The notes beneath the pieces were generated by a model that saw only the letters and a program-made list of their open reading frames with translations, made no database searches and was not told where the DNA came from. From a virus (taxonomy: Duplodnaviria; Caudoviricetes): 30,830 nucleotides of DNA. The stretch is from IMG/VR virus record IMGVR_UViG_3300037247_000086, positions 1 through 30,830 of that record. The stretch is one strand, 5' to 3'. The translations under genes were made by a program, and so were the position numbers. This document shows positions 1 through 8,337 of the stretch, one piece after another; position 1 is the stretch's first letter; every line of letters begins with the position of its first letter.

Positions 1-3000
1 TGGCTTTACCGTCAATCTTGAGCATGAATACTTCGTCAGCATTCTGGACTTCACCATAATCAATGCGCTCTACAACCATACCGGTCTTTTTGTCCAAATC
101 CTTACGCATCTTGAACGTGCCAACCTCCCATAAATCCTTGTTTGGATTTGCCTTGGCAAGTTCGTATAATCCGCGCCCAAGAGAGTTCTTCTCACCACGG
201 ATTAATGATGCTTTGTAATCGGCTGTGATGTTGCTCAAAATATCTGCCGGTCTGGTTGTCCTGCCTAAAGCCCTACGGACTTCAGTGCCACGAATATCCA
301 TACCCTTGCCAACTGAACCAAACTTCTCGTCTTCGGGTGACTCTTCCCATCCCTTCAACGGTACATAGGTTTCGTTAAAGTTGGTTTTCTTTCCCCAATC
401 AGCCAAGACTTCAGGTATTAACAACTGGTAATCAGAATAGTTTTTGCGGGTTGCATCGGTTATCTGGCGCACATATTCAGCCAGTTTTTTGTACGTCTTG
501 GCCTGTGGCCCTGATTCGATTTCCTTAACAATTTTTGCAGCCTCGGCATTGGTCATGCCTGAACCGGAATCATTCGATGGGTCGCGTGTGCTTATCAGCG
601 CATTGCGCGAAGGCGCGTGCAGAGCGTATAGATAATTGCCAATCTCGGAATTTGTAATACCGTTACGCGCTGCCAATTTCAGCATAGGCTCAAGAGTGTT
701 GCGCTCAAGTTGTTCAAACCTGTCACCGACGCGTCCGTAAATCAGAGACTCGCGCTCATAGACCTGCATAAAATCGGACACAGCATTGCCGCCAGATTCT
801 ATCGCTTCAATAATTCGCCTAACCGGAATCATCCTATCCTGCAATTGTTGACGCAAATCCATGCGTACTTTCTTGGTGCCTTCGTCCAACTTCTTCCAGA
901 ACTTTAATTCATCATTATGCAACGCCTGTTTCAGCGTCATGGAAGGTAATGTCCAGTTATCGAAAGCGGTTTCAGGATTGTGCGATGGCTTTGTGCTCAA
1001 TAGCGGCTTTTCACTAGCAAGCAACCTAGCACTCTCACTCTCTGCCGGTGCGAAGGCTGCGTTTATTGAGCGTATGTTTTTAGGGTCGAAAATAACGGTT
1101 ATATCTGTTATCACATGCCCCTCATCGGTATATCCGTCTAGTGTGTTTTCCAACAAAACAGAGTCATGCCCACTCTCTTTTGCCTTAGCAATAACGTCAG
1201 CGTAACTCGCATCTCTATACTCACGCCCTTTGTAGTCGTGCGTGAATTGCTTTCCTGTCCTCAAATATACGGGCAGCACATTCCCCCCATAGGGGTCTAT
1301 GATACTTGGCAGTCCCAGCAGTTTTAGTATGCCCTCATTAAATTTCTTGTATCCGCCAAAGGTTGCTTTGTTTAGTTTCTCGATAAACTTGAATGACCCA
1401 TCAGTGTACGGGTCGGAACGCTCTGCATAACTTGAGGCTGTGCCTGCGTCCCGCACAAAGAAGAACCCCATTTTAGCTGACTTGGCCTCGGTTTTTTTGC
1501 CCATCATTTCTACATCAAACGCACGTATGTCGCCCGATGTTCCGTGATACCAAATAAACTCTGTATCGAACCCTTGCTCTTTTGCTCTTTTCGCTTGACT
1601 TTCGTAATCCATCGGCAGGGTTGACGGTGGTGCGCGTTCAGCCTGTGCGCCAACCAGTTCGCCACCAGCGGCTTCAGATGACCTCCGAATGATACCGTAT
1701 ATGTCAGCATCAGACATGCCGCTTACGTCACGCTTAAGCAGTTTGGATAGGACTCGCTTAACCTTTTCGTAATAGCGCGCAAGTGCTCCGCGCCATGCCG
1801 ATTTCATTCCGGTCGGAACCTTGACCTGATACCTGTCCTGAATATTCTCGTAGTTCTCGGTCTGACGGGCTGCATCCAGTTCGGCCAAGGCTTCGTCGGT
1901 TGCGATACGTTGCGCTATCTGTTCGCTGTACTCACCCTTTTTAACATCGTCGGCAAGTTTACGTTGCTGGTAAACCTTGTTGGCAATGCGGTCTACAACC
2001 TTGTTGGTTCTCGCTTCGTCAAGGGCTTTTGTAATGGTGCTACCGTAGGCTACGCGCATCCCTCTATGCAGAGCTTCATGATAGCCTACCCACACAACTC
2101 GGTCTTCATTACTAAACTGGTCAGCAAATAAGAAGATAGTATCCGCATTCGGGTCGCCCTCAATATTCGGATAGTACATGCCCTCGATTACATCACCCGT
2201 CTGAGTGCGTAACGGTTCGGCTAATTCGCTTTTCTCCAAATCAGCAATAGAACCCACAACCTTAATCTTATCCGCTACCGGCTTGTTGAAGGTTTTGTCT
2301 ACTATAGCTTGGGTTTTCTCTACTGATAGACCGGATGGGGTTGCTTTGGTTTTGCTTGCGAGTAAATCTGCGCTGCTTTTCTTGGCGGGGTCAAATGCTG
2401 CTTCTGTCTTCCGCGCCTGTGACGGGTCAAACATAACAACGTGCTCAGTATCTTGGTCAATGCCTTCCATAGCATGAGGACGCTTAGAACCATATCCAAA
2501 TTTGTCATATACAGTTGCGTCAATAACGCCATCAAAACCAGCGTCCTGAAGGGCTTGACGGTAAACCTCGGAATTAATAATTCTTCCTTGGTCATCCTCT
2601 GCGTACCAAAGTAACGAGTCATCCTTAGCCATCTCAGTGCCACGCATGATTTTGTCTAAGTCTTTGGCTGAAATACCGCCGTCATACACATAGTCTGCAA
2701 GACGGTCAATCAGTCCGTCAACATCATGTCCTGAGTATCGCAATGAATTTATGAAGTCAGGCAATGCGCCTTCAGGCTCGTTCTCATAACCAGCCTCTAT
2801 TGCTAAGTCTCTGGCTTCTTCTTTTATGGCATCATCGTATTCTTCTTCGGTATCAAAATCCTCACGACTTTGACTTGATGTGCTCCGCGCCTCATCCATG
2901 AAATCAGCAGGGTCTTCTTGTTCAGATTCAGACTCAACGAACGAAGGCTTTTCACCACCAAGTCTAAACGGATTGTCCAACTTGACCTTCAGTTGCATAA

Positions 3001-5869
3001 TGTTTTCTTTGCCGCCTGCCAATTCTTCTTCTGCAATCTCTTTGGCCGCTACATCTGGCAAGTCTTTTAGGGCATCGCCCTGATAATAAAAGCCCTCACC
3101 ATATTCACTTTCGCTTTGGATTTCTTCTGCTCTGCGTTCAATCTTGTTGGTTAGGTCTGCCCCCTCAAGACTTGAATAATTGATGCTCGCATCGTCTTCA
3201 GATGTCGTGCTGTAAATTCCCACACCCCAATCGCTTTCAGGGTTTGATTTTGACATATCAAAAGCGTCAATGTCGTATGTCGTGGCATGGAATACGTCTC
3301 TAGTGAACCCCATATCTTTAGCACGCGCCATGCGACTTGCTTCATCCATTGGCAGGGTAGAGAGCAACGGCTTTTCAGGTTTCAGCTTAACAACCGCTTC
3401 CTGCTTTTCCTCAAACAAGTCAGCCGGTCTTTCACCAGCAAATAACTCACCCTTGCCTGCTTCTACAGGTACGGTTTCAATTCCAGGTTTGCCACTGCGC
3501 TTTTCAGTCTTCTCACGCGCTTTGTCGGCGAGTGCTTGTTGCTTGCTTACGTCTTCGGTGAGGGGGCTGGGCGGGATTTCAGCGGCTTCTTCTGCTTGAG
3601 CAGTTTCCGTGCGTGCGCCAATATCTCTTTCGCTGTCTTGTTCACTTACAGTCTCCATAGCGGCGGCAAGTTGCTGAACACCTTGCGCTACCGTAATCTC
3701 TTTATTATCAATCTTTTCGGCAATAGAATCAACATCTACGCCTGCCGATAGCCCTTGTGTCATCCAATCGGTGAGTGCGCGTGTTTCGCTATCTGATTCC
3801 GGTATGTAATCTTCTTTTGCGTATAACGGCTCTTTGCTGAGTTCAACTTCCTGCCAATCTTCCTCTACCTTCGCCCGTTCAATTTCACCAATGGCGTTTT
3901 CAGCTTCATTGATTTGGTTTTCAAGACTGATAGCATCAGCGTACCGTCCATCGGCATTGCCGTTAATAACGTCATTGATAAACGCTAAGGCATCATTGGC
4001 ATCGACACGCCCGTACTCATCGTATATTTCCTGCGGGATAGCAAAGCCGTTTTTAGAATCCCGTTCTTCCATCAGGAACTCAGCAACATCATCTAGCGTC
4101 ATGCCGCCCTTCGCCCTGAATAAAGGCTTACTGAACGGCATACCTGTCTTCGCACCTATCCGGCTTTCAAGCCTCCTGTCCTTAACCGCTTCAGGGTCAA
4201 TGCCGTTTGAAATCCAATCATCACGATTCAACCCGCCACGCTTGGCAAGGTAAGTCAGGATGTCATCCTTGAGCGTGTCAATCTTGATTGTTTCAACACC
4301 AGCGCCCATGCCAATTTCAATATCCAGTTTGCGCCCTACCTGCTGTTTCAGCTTGCGAACATGCTGTTGGATGGAATCAATATCGTCGGGCTTGTATGGC
4401 GCAACCTTCGGCATTTCGGTTGGAGGCTGAACAACATCTTCCTCAATGAGCGCTTCCGCACGCGCACGCTGTCCCAATACCGCATCTGGAAGCTCCGTAT
4501 CGGCTACGAAAGGCTTAACCAATGCTGGGATGGCAGTTTCGGGAGATATGGGCTGTATAGGCTCTGCAACGCGCTTAACGGCAGGAACTACAGCCCTTGC
4601 ACCCGCAGCATCAATGTCTTTCTTCGCTTGGTTAAAGCCTGCGTCGAAAGTAGGCAATGCTCCGCCCGTTGGGGCTTCTGTGTATTCAATTTGTGGGGCT
4701 TCTGTTGCACCCATTAAAGAGGCTTCAGGTAGCGCAATACCCGGTTGCGCCCTGCCCCGCCGCTTAATACCGAATGCTGATGTTATCGTGGTCAGCAAGA
4801 AACCAAGAACGCCGCCGACTTCGGCTGACTCATCCACGCCTTGCCATAAACTACGCTCTTCATCGTAGCCAACAATCTCTTTTGCGGTCCAGTTGTTTGC
4901 GAAATCCATCAAGCCCTCTTGGAATGCCTCTCCAATAGCGCCTACCGTTCCGGCAATACCAACCTTGGCTATCTTGCTTTTCACGCGGTCAGTGACGTTT
5001 CTGCTAAACCAACCGCCCGTAGCCTTATTCAAGCGAGAGAAAGCGAACTCAATTGGGGCAACTTCCGTTAAGCCCCATGCAGCGCCAATGTTTGCTGAGT
5101 GCATGGCATCTTCAAATGAAGCGCCACTCTGGATAGCGTCTGCAAACTGAGCGTCGGCATTCATTCCAGCACCCGCCAAAGCACCAACAAAGGGACTAAC
5201 CAATGTTGTTCCCATAAATACCGCCATTGAACCAAGCCCCTGTGCCGCCTTTGACAAAAACAGTTCATCATACTTAGGGTTGGTTTCAAACGTCTTGTTA
5301 GACCAATCGACTAATTTCTGACCCTCTTTGTAAACACGCGCATCTTGTATTTCGGCCAATCCTGGCGCTGTTTCCTGTGCGATCCTGCGAATGCTGTCTA
5401 GTTCTTCTTGCGCCTTATCACCACGTAGCGCCCTGAATCCGCGAATATCAATAGCCTGTTCTTTCGGGTCTGTGAACTGTGGGGAGAAAGGATGGTCTAG
5501 TTTTTCTCTGCGTTGGCGTAGGTCATCAACTATTGAAAATCCTTTTACCATTCCACCAGCGCCACCGACAAAACCCCTGCCGACCCTTGCCGCTAAATCT
5601 TCACCACGCCCAATCTCAGGCTCTCCGCCCATAAGAGAAGCATCAGGAACTTCAGCCGGTCGCCCCACATCGGATGGGTCAAAATCCAAGGTTGTCTTTA
5701 TTGCAGGCGTGAACTCGCCAAACGCCGCATCGGGCATCGGCATGAAGGCGCTTACGAACTCCCTCTTGTCGGAACCAGAATAGAATTTGTTGTACAACGC
5801 ATCCGCTAAATCGGTATCGGACGTACTTTCATACTGCGGATACTGTTGACGGAACTCTGTAATGTTCAT
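1..5869 (-). CDS. Giant polyvalent virion/ejected protein, 3'-truncated (>1956 aa): N-terminal ejection-protein region, ART-like domain 1, zincin metallopeptidase, ART-like domain 2, LPD38-like region
   Basis: ATG at 5869 abuts the upstream TAA. Manual translation (MNITEFRQQYPQYESTSDTDLADALYNKFYS...) shows no stop before the window edge, which explains its absence from the ORF track. Motifs: VFHAT...GIYST...GFDGV...HVVMFDPSQAR (~2370-3360); VGYHEALHRG (HEALH 2066-2080); WYHGT...GFFF...NVLPVYL...GHDSV...TVIFDPKNIRS (~1015-1625); YLYALHAPSRN...GSGMTNAEA...YVPLKG...RRALGR (<850). Confidence 0.88.
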   Translation of the reverse strand, partial: MNITEFRQQYPQYESTSDTDLADALYNKFYSGSDKREFVSAFMPMPDAAFGEFTPAIKTTLDFDPSDVGRPAEVPDASLMGGEPEIGRGEDLAARVGRGFVGGAGGMVKGFSIVDDLRQRREKLDHPFSPQFTDPKEQAIDIRGFRALRGDKAQEELDSIRRIAQETAPGLAEIQDARVYKEGQKLVDWSNKTFETNPKYDELFLSKAAQGLGSMAVFMGTTLVSPFVGALAGAGMNADAQFADAIQSGASFEDAMHSANIGAAWGLTEVAPIEFAFSRLNKATGGWFSRNVTDRVKSKIAKVGIAGTVGAIGEAFQEGLMDFANNWTAKEIVGYDEERSLWQGVDESAEVGGVLGFLLTTITSAFGIKRRGRAQPGIALPEASLMGATEAPQIEYTEAPTGGALPTFDAGFNQAKKDIDAAGARAVVPAVKRVAEPIQPISPETAIPALVKPFVADTELPDAVLGQRARAEALIEEDVVQPPTEMPKVAPYKPDDIDSIQQHVRKLKQQVGRKLDIEIGMGAGVETIKIDTLKDDILTYLAKRGGLNRDDWISNGIDPEAVKDRRLESRIGAKTGMPFSKPLFRAKGGMTLDDVAEFLMEERDSKNGFAIPQEIYDEYGRVDANDALAFINDVINGNADGRYADAISLENQINEAENAIGEIERAKVEEDWQEVELSKEPLYAKEDYIPESDSETRALTDWMTQGLSAGVDVDSIAEKIDNKEITVAQGVQQLAAAMETVSEQDSERDIGARTETAQAEEAAEIPPSPLTEDVSKQQALADKAREKTEKRSGKPGIETVPVEAGKGELFAGERPADLFEEKQEAVVKLKPEKPLLSTLPMDEASRMARAKDMGFTRDVFHATTYDIDAFDMSKSNPESDWGVGIYSTTSEDDASINYSSLEGADLTNKIERRAEEIQSESEYGEGFYYQGDALKDLPDVAAKEIAEEELAGGKENIMQLKVKLDNPFRLGGEKPSFVESESEQEDPADFMDEARSTSSQSREDFDTEEEYDDAIKEEARDLAIEAGYENEPEGALPDFINSLRYSGHDVDGLIDRLADYVYDGGISAKDLDKIMRGTEMAKDDSLLWYAEDDQGRIINSEVYRQALQDAGFDGVIDATVYDKFGYGSKRPHAMEGIDQDTEHVVMFDPSQARKTEAAFDPAKKSSADLLASKTKATPSGLSVEKTQAIVDKTFNKPVADKIKVVGSIADLEKSELAEPLRTQTGDVIEGMYYPNIEGDPNADTIFLFADQFSNEDRVVWVGYHEALHRGMRVAYGSTITKALDEARTNKVVDRIANKVYQQRKLADDVKKGEYSEQIAQRIATDEALAELDAARQTENYENIQDRYQVKVPTGMKSAWRGALARYYEKVKRVLSKLLKRDVSGMSDADIYGIIRRSSEAAGGELVGAQAERAPPSTLPMDYESQAKRAKEQGFDTEFIWYHGTSGDIRAFDVEMMGKKTEAKSAKMGFFFVRDAGTASSYAERSDPYTDGSFKFIEKLNKATFGGYKKFNEGILKLLGLPSIIDPYGGNVLPVYLRTGKQFTHDYKGREYRDASYADVIAKAKESGHDSVLLENTLDGYTDEGHVITDITVIFDPKNIRSINAAFAPAESESARLLASEKPLLSTKPSHNPETAFDNWTLPSMTLKQALHNDELKFWKKLDEGTKKVRMDLRQQLQDRMIPVRRIIEAIESGGNAVSDFMQVYERESLIYGRVGDRFEQLERNTLEPMLKLAARNGITNSEIGNYLYALHAPSRNALISTRDPSNDSGSGMTNAEAAKIVKEIESGPQAKTYKKLAEYVRQITDATRKNYSDYQLLIPEVLADWGKKTNFNETYVPLKGWEESPEDEKFGSVGKGMDIRGTEVRRALGRTTRPADILSNITADYKASLIRGEKNSLGRGLYELAKANPNKDLWEVGTFKMRKDLDKKTGMVVERIDYGEVQNADEVFMLKIDGKA

Positions 5870-6604
5870 TTACTGTCCAGATAGCCCAAGCCCTAATGGG
5901 TCATTGTTGGCTGGTTTTGGCGAAGTGCCACCCATCAAGGGTTGCTGCTGACCGGGATACTCGCTCCGTAGAGTCTTCTGATACTCTGTAATCATATCCC
6001 TATAAGACATATTGGCAACCCGTTCTTGCGGTAAGCCATACATAATCAGCGTTTGTCGCATTGCATCCTCGCCGTTGTCCTTGAATAGTGCGGTTTCTTC
6101 AGCAATGAATTTTGACCTGTTCGCCCCGCTTAATGATGATGACGGCGCTTTTGGTACGAGTTCAATGTATCCGCTTGCAATCGAGTAGGCTTCATCCGGC
6201 AACATGCCTTCAGTTTCTACAAGCTTGTTGACCTCGGACATCATCTTGCGCCCACTCTCAGGAGTCCACTGGCTTAGATTAAAATTAGACAACATCCCGC
6301 TACTGCCGTAGGACGCACCACGCGCCTTCAGTAACTCAAGCGCATCTGTCTGTTTTTCTTCCCGCCCCATTTGACGGGCAGTATATTCCGGCGAACCCTC
6401 TCTAAAGGCTTCCAAGGCATACTCACGCTTTTCATCGCGCACACCTAAATTGTACTGGTTCTGAATGTCCTGTAGGCTTTGCTGACGGGTCGTAGTGCGC
6501 TTGTCAGCCTCCTTTCTCATAGCCTCAGTAGCGAACATGGCCCCCGTCTTGGTGATGCCCTCGCCAGCACCCATCAATGCGCCCCATCCTGCTTTCTTGC
6601 CCAT
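5870..6604 (-). CDS. Putative internal virion (ejection) protein, 244 aa
   Basis: Gly/Ala-rich N-terminus, charged helical middle and C-terminal NDPLGL; lies directly upstream of the giant protein in the podovirus ejection module. Confidence 0.6.
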   Translation of the reverse strand: MGKKAGWGALMGAGEGITKTGAMFATEAMRKEADKRTTTRQQSLQDIQNQYNLGVRDEKREYALEAFREGSPEYTARQMGREEKQTDALELLKARGASYGSSGMLSNFNLSQWTPESGRKMMSEVNKLVETEGMLPDEAYSIASGYIELVPKAPSSSLSGANRSKFIAEETALFKDNGEDAMRQTLIMYGLPQERVANMSYRDMITEYQKTLRSEYPGQQQPLMGGTSPKPANNDPLGLGLSGQ

Positions 6605-6605
6605 T

Positions 6606-7139
6606 TTAAATTGCCTCGTCCATTAAACCGCGCTGTATGCCAGCCGTAAGCGGTTTCTGTTTTGGTGCTACCATCTGCTGACCGGCTACCTGCATTTCTT
6701 TGGTGGATGCATCAGCCTTACCGTCGATATGAGCCATGCTTTTCTGCATTGTTCCGTCTTCGGTCAACACAGCTAACATTTCCTGTGCTGCTGCCTTCTG
6801 TTCAGGGTCATCACCTACCGATTCCATGTGAAGCATGACAACCTTCAGTAGCGACTCTTCCCGCACTTCACCTACGTTCAACTCAATGCCCATTGCCTGC
6901 ATAATCTCAATCAGCATGTCAATGGTTTCGGTTGCCACGCCCATTAACACATCAAGTTCAACAGGTGCACCGCGCTCGCTCGCCTGTGCATCAATCGCCA
7001 TAACGGCCTTGTGAGTGACCTCGGCAACAGCATCAGCCGTTGGACTCTGTTCCAATAGGGCAAGTATGTCCTCTCGATGCGGCCCGTGAATGTATTTCTC
7101 TACCTGAGAGTTTAAGCTGTCTACAAGTTGCTGAGTCAT
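6606..7139 (-). CDS. Hypothetical acidic helical protein in the ejection module (~177 aa)
   Basis: The track starts it at 7169. ATG 7139 is preferred because it overlaps the upstream TGA (ATGA) and has AGGAG at 7150-7154. Confidence 0.6.
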   Translation of the reverse strand: MTQQLVDSLNSQVEKYIHGPHREDILALLEQSPTADAVAEVTHKAVMAIDAQASERGAPVELDVLMGVATETIDMLIEIMQAMGIELNVGEVREESLLKVVMLHMESVGDDPEQKAAAQEMLAVLTEDGTMQKSMAHIDGKADASTKEMQVAGQQMVAPKQKPLTAGIQRGLMDEAI

Positions 7140-7900
7140 TGCCCTGGTACTCCTACTGGTTCTAACCAAGGCATATCCATCAGCCCCGGTTGCCGCATTG
7201 GTTGAGGCGCTTCGGGATATGGCACGGTCGGCGCTATCGCTATACCCTTGACGGCTTCTTTTTCCTTCTTCTTGCGTAAGTCAACACCCCAAAACGCTTT
7301 CGGGTCATCTTCTTCCAGCATCTTGCCTTGAGCAAATCCAGAAAGTGCGCTGCCGCCCGTGGTTATAAGTGCTGCCTTGGCTAAATCCCCCATGCCTGCT
7401 TTTGCTGCTACTGGTGCTGCCGATGTTAATGGCTGACCAACTACCGGTGCTCCCGGTATCGCTGATGTGGTTACTGATGTTGGTGCGGTCGCCAATGGAG
7501 TTAAGGTGACTCCCGACCCCGGCAATGCTGCTGTCTGCGCTGCAATACCCGCTTTCGCTGATTCAGAACCCAATGCTGCCGCCAAGTGACCGCCCATCAA
7601 TCCAGCACCCTCAACTCCACCCGCAATAGCCGCCGCGCCCTGTGCGCCACCACCAATGCCAAGTGAACCCAATGCCGCCGTTGCGCCTGCGTACATGGTT
7701 GAGCCAACTGCCGACATGAAACCGCCGAAACCGCCTGCACCCATCGCCCCGGCAAAGCCAGCAAAACCAACGGTAGCTAGGCCCATTGTGAAGACTGATA
7801 ATCCAACCACAACCAGCGTTCGCCAGTGCTTTTTCACCAGTGAAGCCGCGCCCTTAACCAGTTTACCGATTGCCTTCGCGCCCTTTTTCAAGATACTCAT
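7136..7900 (-). CDS. Putative membrane-interacting ejection protein, 254 aa
   Basis: Basic amphipathic N-terminus (MSILKKGAKAIGKLVKG) followed by long hydrophobic Gly/Ala-rich segments; synteny with the ejection module. Confidence 0.62.
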   Translation of the reverse strand: MSILKKGAKAIGKLVKGAASLVKKHWRTLVVVGLSVFTMGLATVGFAGFAGAMGAGGFGGFMSAVGSTMYAGATAALGSLGIGGGAQGAAAIAGGVEGAGLMGGHLAAALGSESAKAGIAAQTAALPGSGVTLTPLATAPTSVTTSAIPGAPVVGQPLTSAAPVAAKAGMGDLAKAALITTGGSALSGFAQGKMLEEDDPKAFWGVDLRKKKEKEAVKGIAIAPTVPYPEAPQPMRQPGLMDMPWLEPVGVPGQ

Positions 7901-8337
7901 CAGATTAACTCCATTCGATATGTCTTGCCCACGGTTTCAAACCCAAGGCGATTGTATAGTTTTTCAATCCTGTCTTCGTCCTTGCCATTGAAGGTTCCCA
8001 TGCCTATCTCACAGCAATTCCTTTCAATGGCCCACTTCTTGAACGCCCTTATCAGAATGTCACCACCCTGTTCAGCAACCGTATGTAAATCAGTCGCGTA
8101 GGGGCGTTTGTTCCACAACAACGGCTCATGCCACGCAATTAATAGTCCACGAATCTGACCGGATTTATTGACAGCAAGCAGAATGTCACCGTTGCCGCCT
8201 TTGATTATCTCGCGCAAGTTTTTCCGAAGCAGTTGACGATTGAAAGCCAAGTCCTTGAAGGATGACTTCCCATGCTGTGTCCCGCCAAATATCACAATTG
8301 CCGTTATATCGTTAAATTTTGCTGTCCTGATTTTCAC
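7900..8337 (-). CDS. GNAT-family acetyltransferase, 145 aa
   Basis: Starts MKIRTAKFNDITAI; has a motif A-like GGDILIRAFKKWA and a C-terminal EKLYNRLGF, all typical of GNAT folds. Confidence 0.8.
   Translation of the reverse strand: MKIRTAKFNDITAIVIFGGTQHGKSSFKDLAFNRQLLRKNLREIIKGGNGDILLAVNKSGQIRGLLIAWHEPLLWNKRPYATDLHTVAEQGGDILIRAFKKWAIERNCCEIGMGTFNGKDEDRIEKLYNRLGFETVGKTYRMELI

Noticed and set aside
444-5783. Many plus-strand ORFs and three short minus-strand ORFs in the track
   Set aside because: They are shadows of the single giant minus-strand ORF (1..5869), which carries recognisable domains.
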